Shown here one piece after another: positions 63,861 through 64,000 of a stretch of 64,000 bases of DNA; positions within the stretch are counted from its first letter, which is position 1; each line of letters starts with the position of its first letter. The position numbers and the translations under genes were made by a program. The notes beneath the pieces were generated by a model, which did not search any database, was not told the DNA's origin, and worked only from the letters and a program-made list of their open reading frames with translations. Origin of the DNA: a virus (Duplodnaviria; Caudoviricetes); IMG/VR virus record IMGVR_UViG_3300011115_000575, positions 1,708 through 65,707 of that record; one strand, written 5' to 3'.

Positions 63861-64000
63861 TCTATACTACATGAATAGGAATTTAAAACAAAAGTATTAC
63901 CTTTACATATGAGCAATTCAGCACGACATATGGAATTAGTTAACACATTGATTTTCAATGGTTTAGATGCTAATCCGTCATGCATCGTTAAACTGGGTTT

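Noticed and set aside
1-64000. tRNA, rRNA or group I intron
   Set aside because: No cloverleaf or intron core recognised by eye; the homing endonucleases are free-standing between genes. tRNAscan-SE and Infernal would be needed to exclude them fully.

Overview
A 64-kb segment of an AT-rich dsDNA podovirus-like phage genome, very probably infecting a Bacteroidota host (TAnnTTTG promoters, A-rich leaders without Shine-Dalgarno, crAss-like virion module). The + strand arm (1-17.3 kb) is early/replication: amidoligase + class II glutamine amidotransferase, many small ORFs, two C5-DNA methyltransferases, a lambda-O-like initiator with internal iterons, DnaB, PD-(D/E)XK nucleases, an SSB-like protein, HTH proteins and RusA. 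The - strand arm (63.3-17.3 kb) is late: GroES-like protein, TerS/TerL, portal, scaffold, major capsid, several tail-fibre genes, lysis cassette, ring/nozzle proteins, ejection proteins and a 2821-aa polyvalent protein (HExxH peptidase, ART, LPD38-like). No DNA/RNA polymerase, integrase, tRNA or CRISPR array was seen. Two signals stand out. (1) The origin inside the initiator gene (iterons plus AT-rich tract) has a second, inverted, non-coding copy 55 kb away, just upstream of the terminase genes. (2) The GC-rich 9-mer CCGGATCCC occurs 9 times on both strands and in several reading frames, although CCGG is otherwise rare, and it is missing from the 20-kb tail-fibre/lysis block. All calls come from motif recognition by eye; no searches were run.
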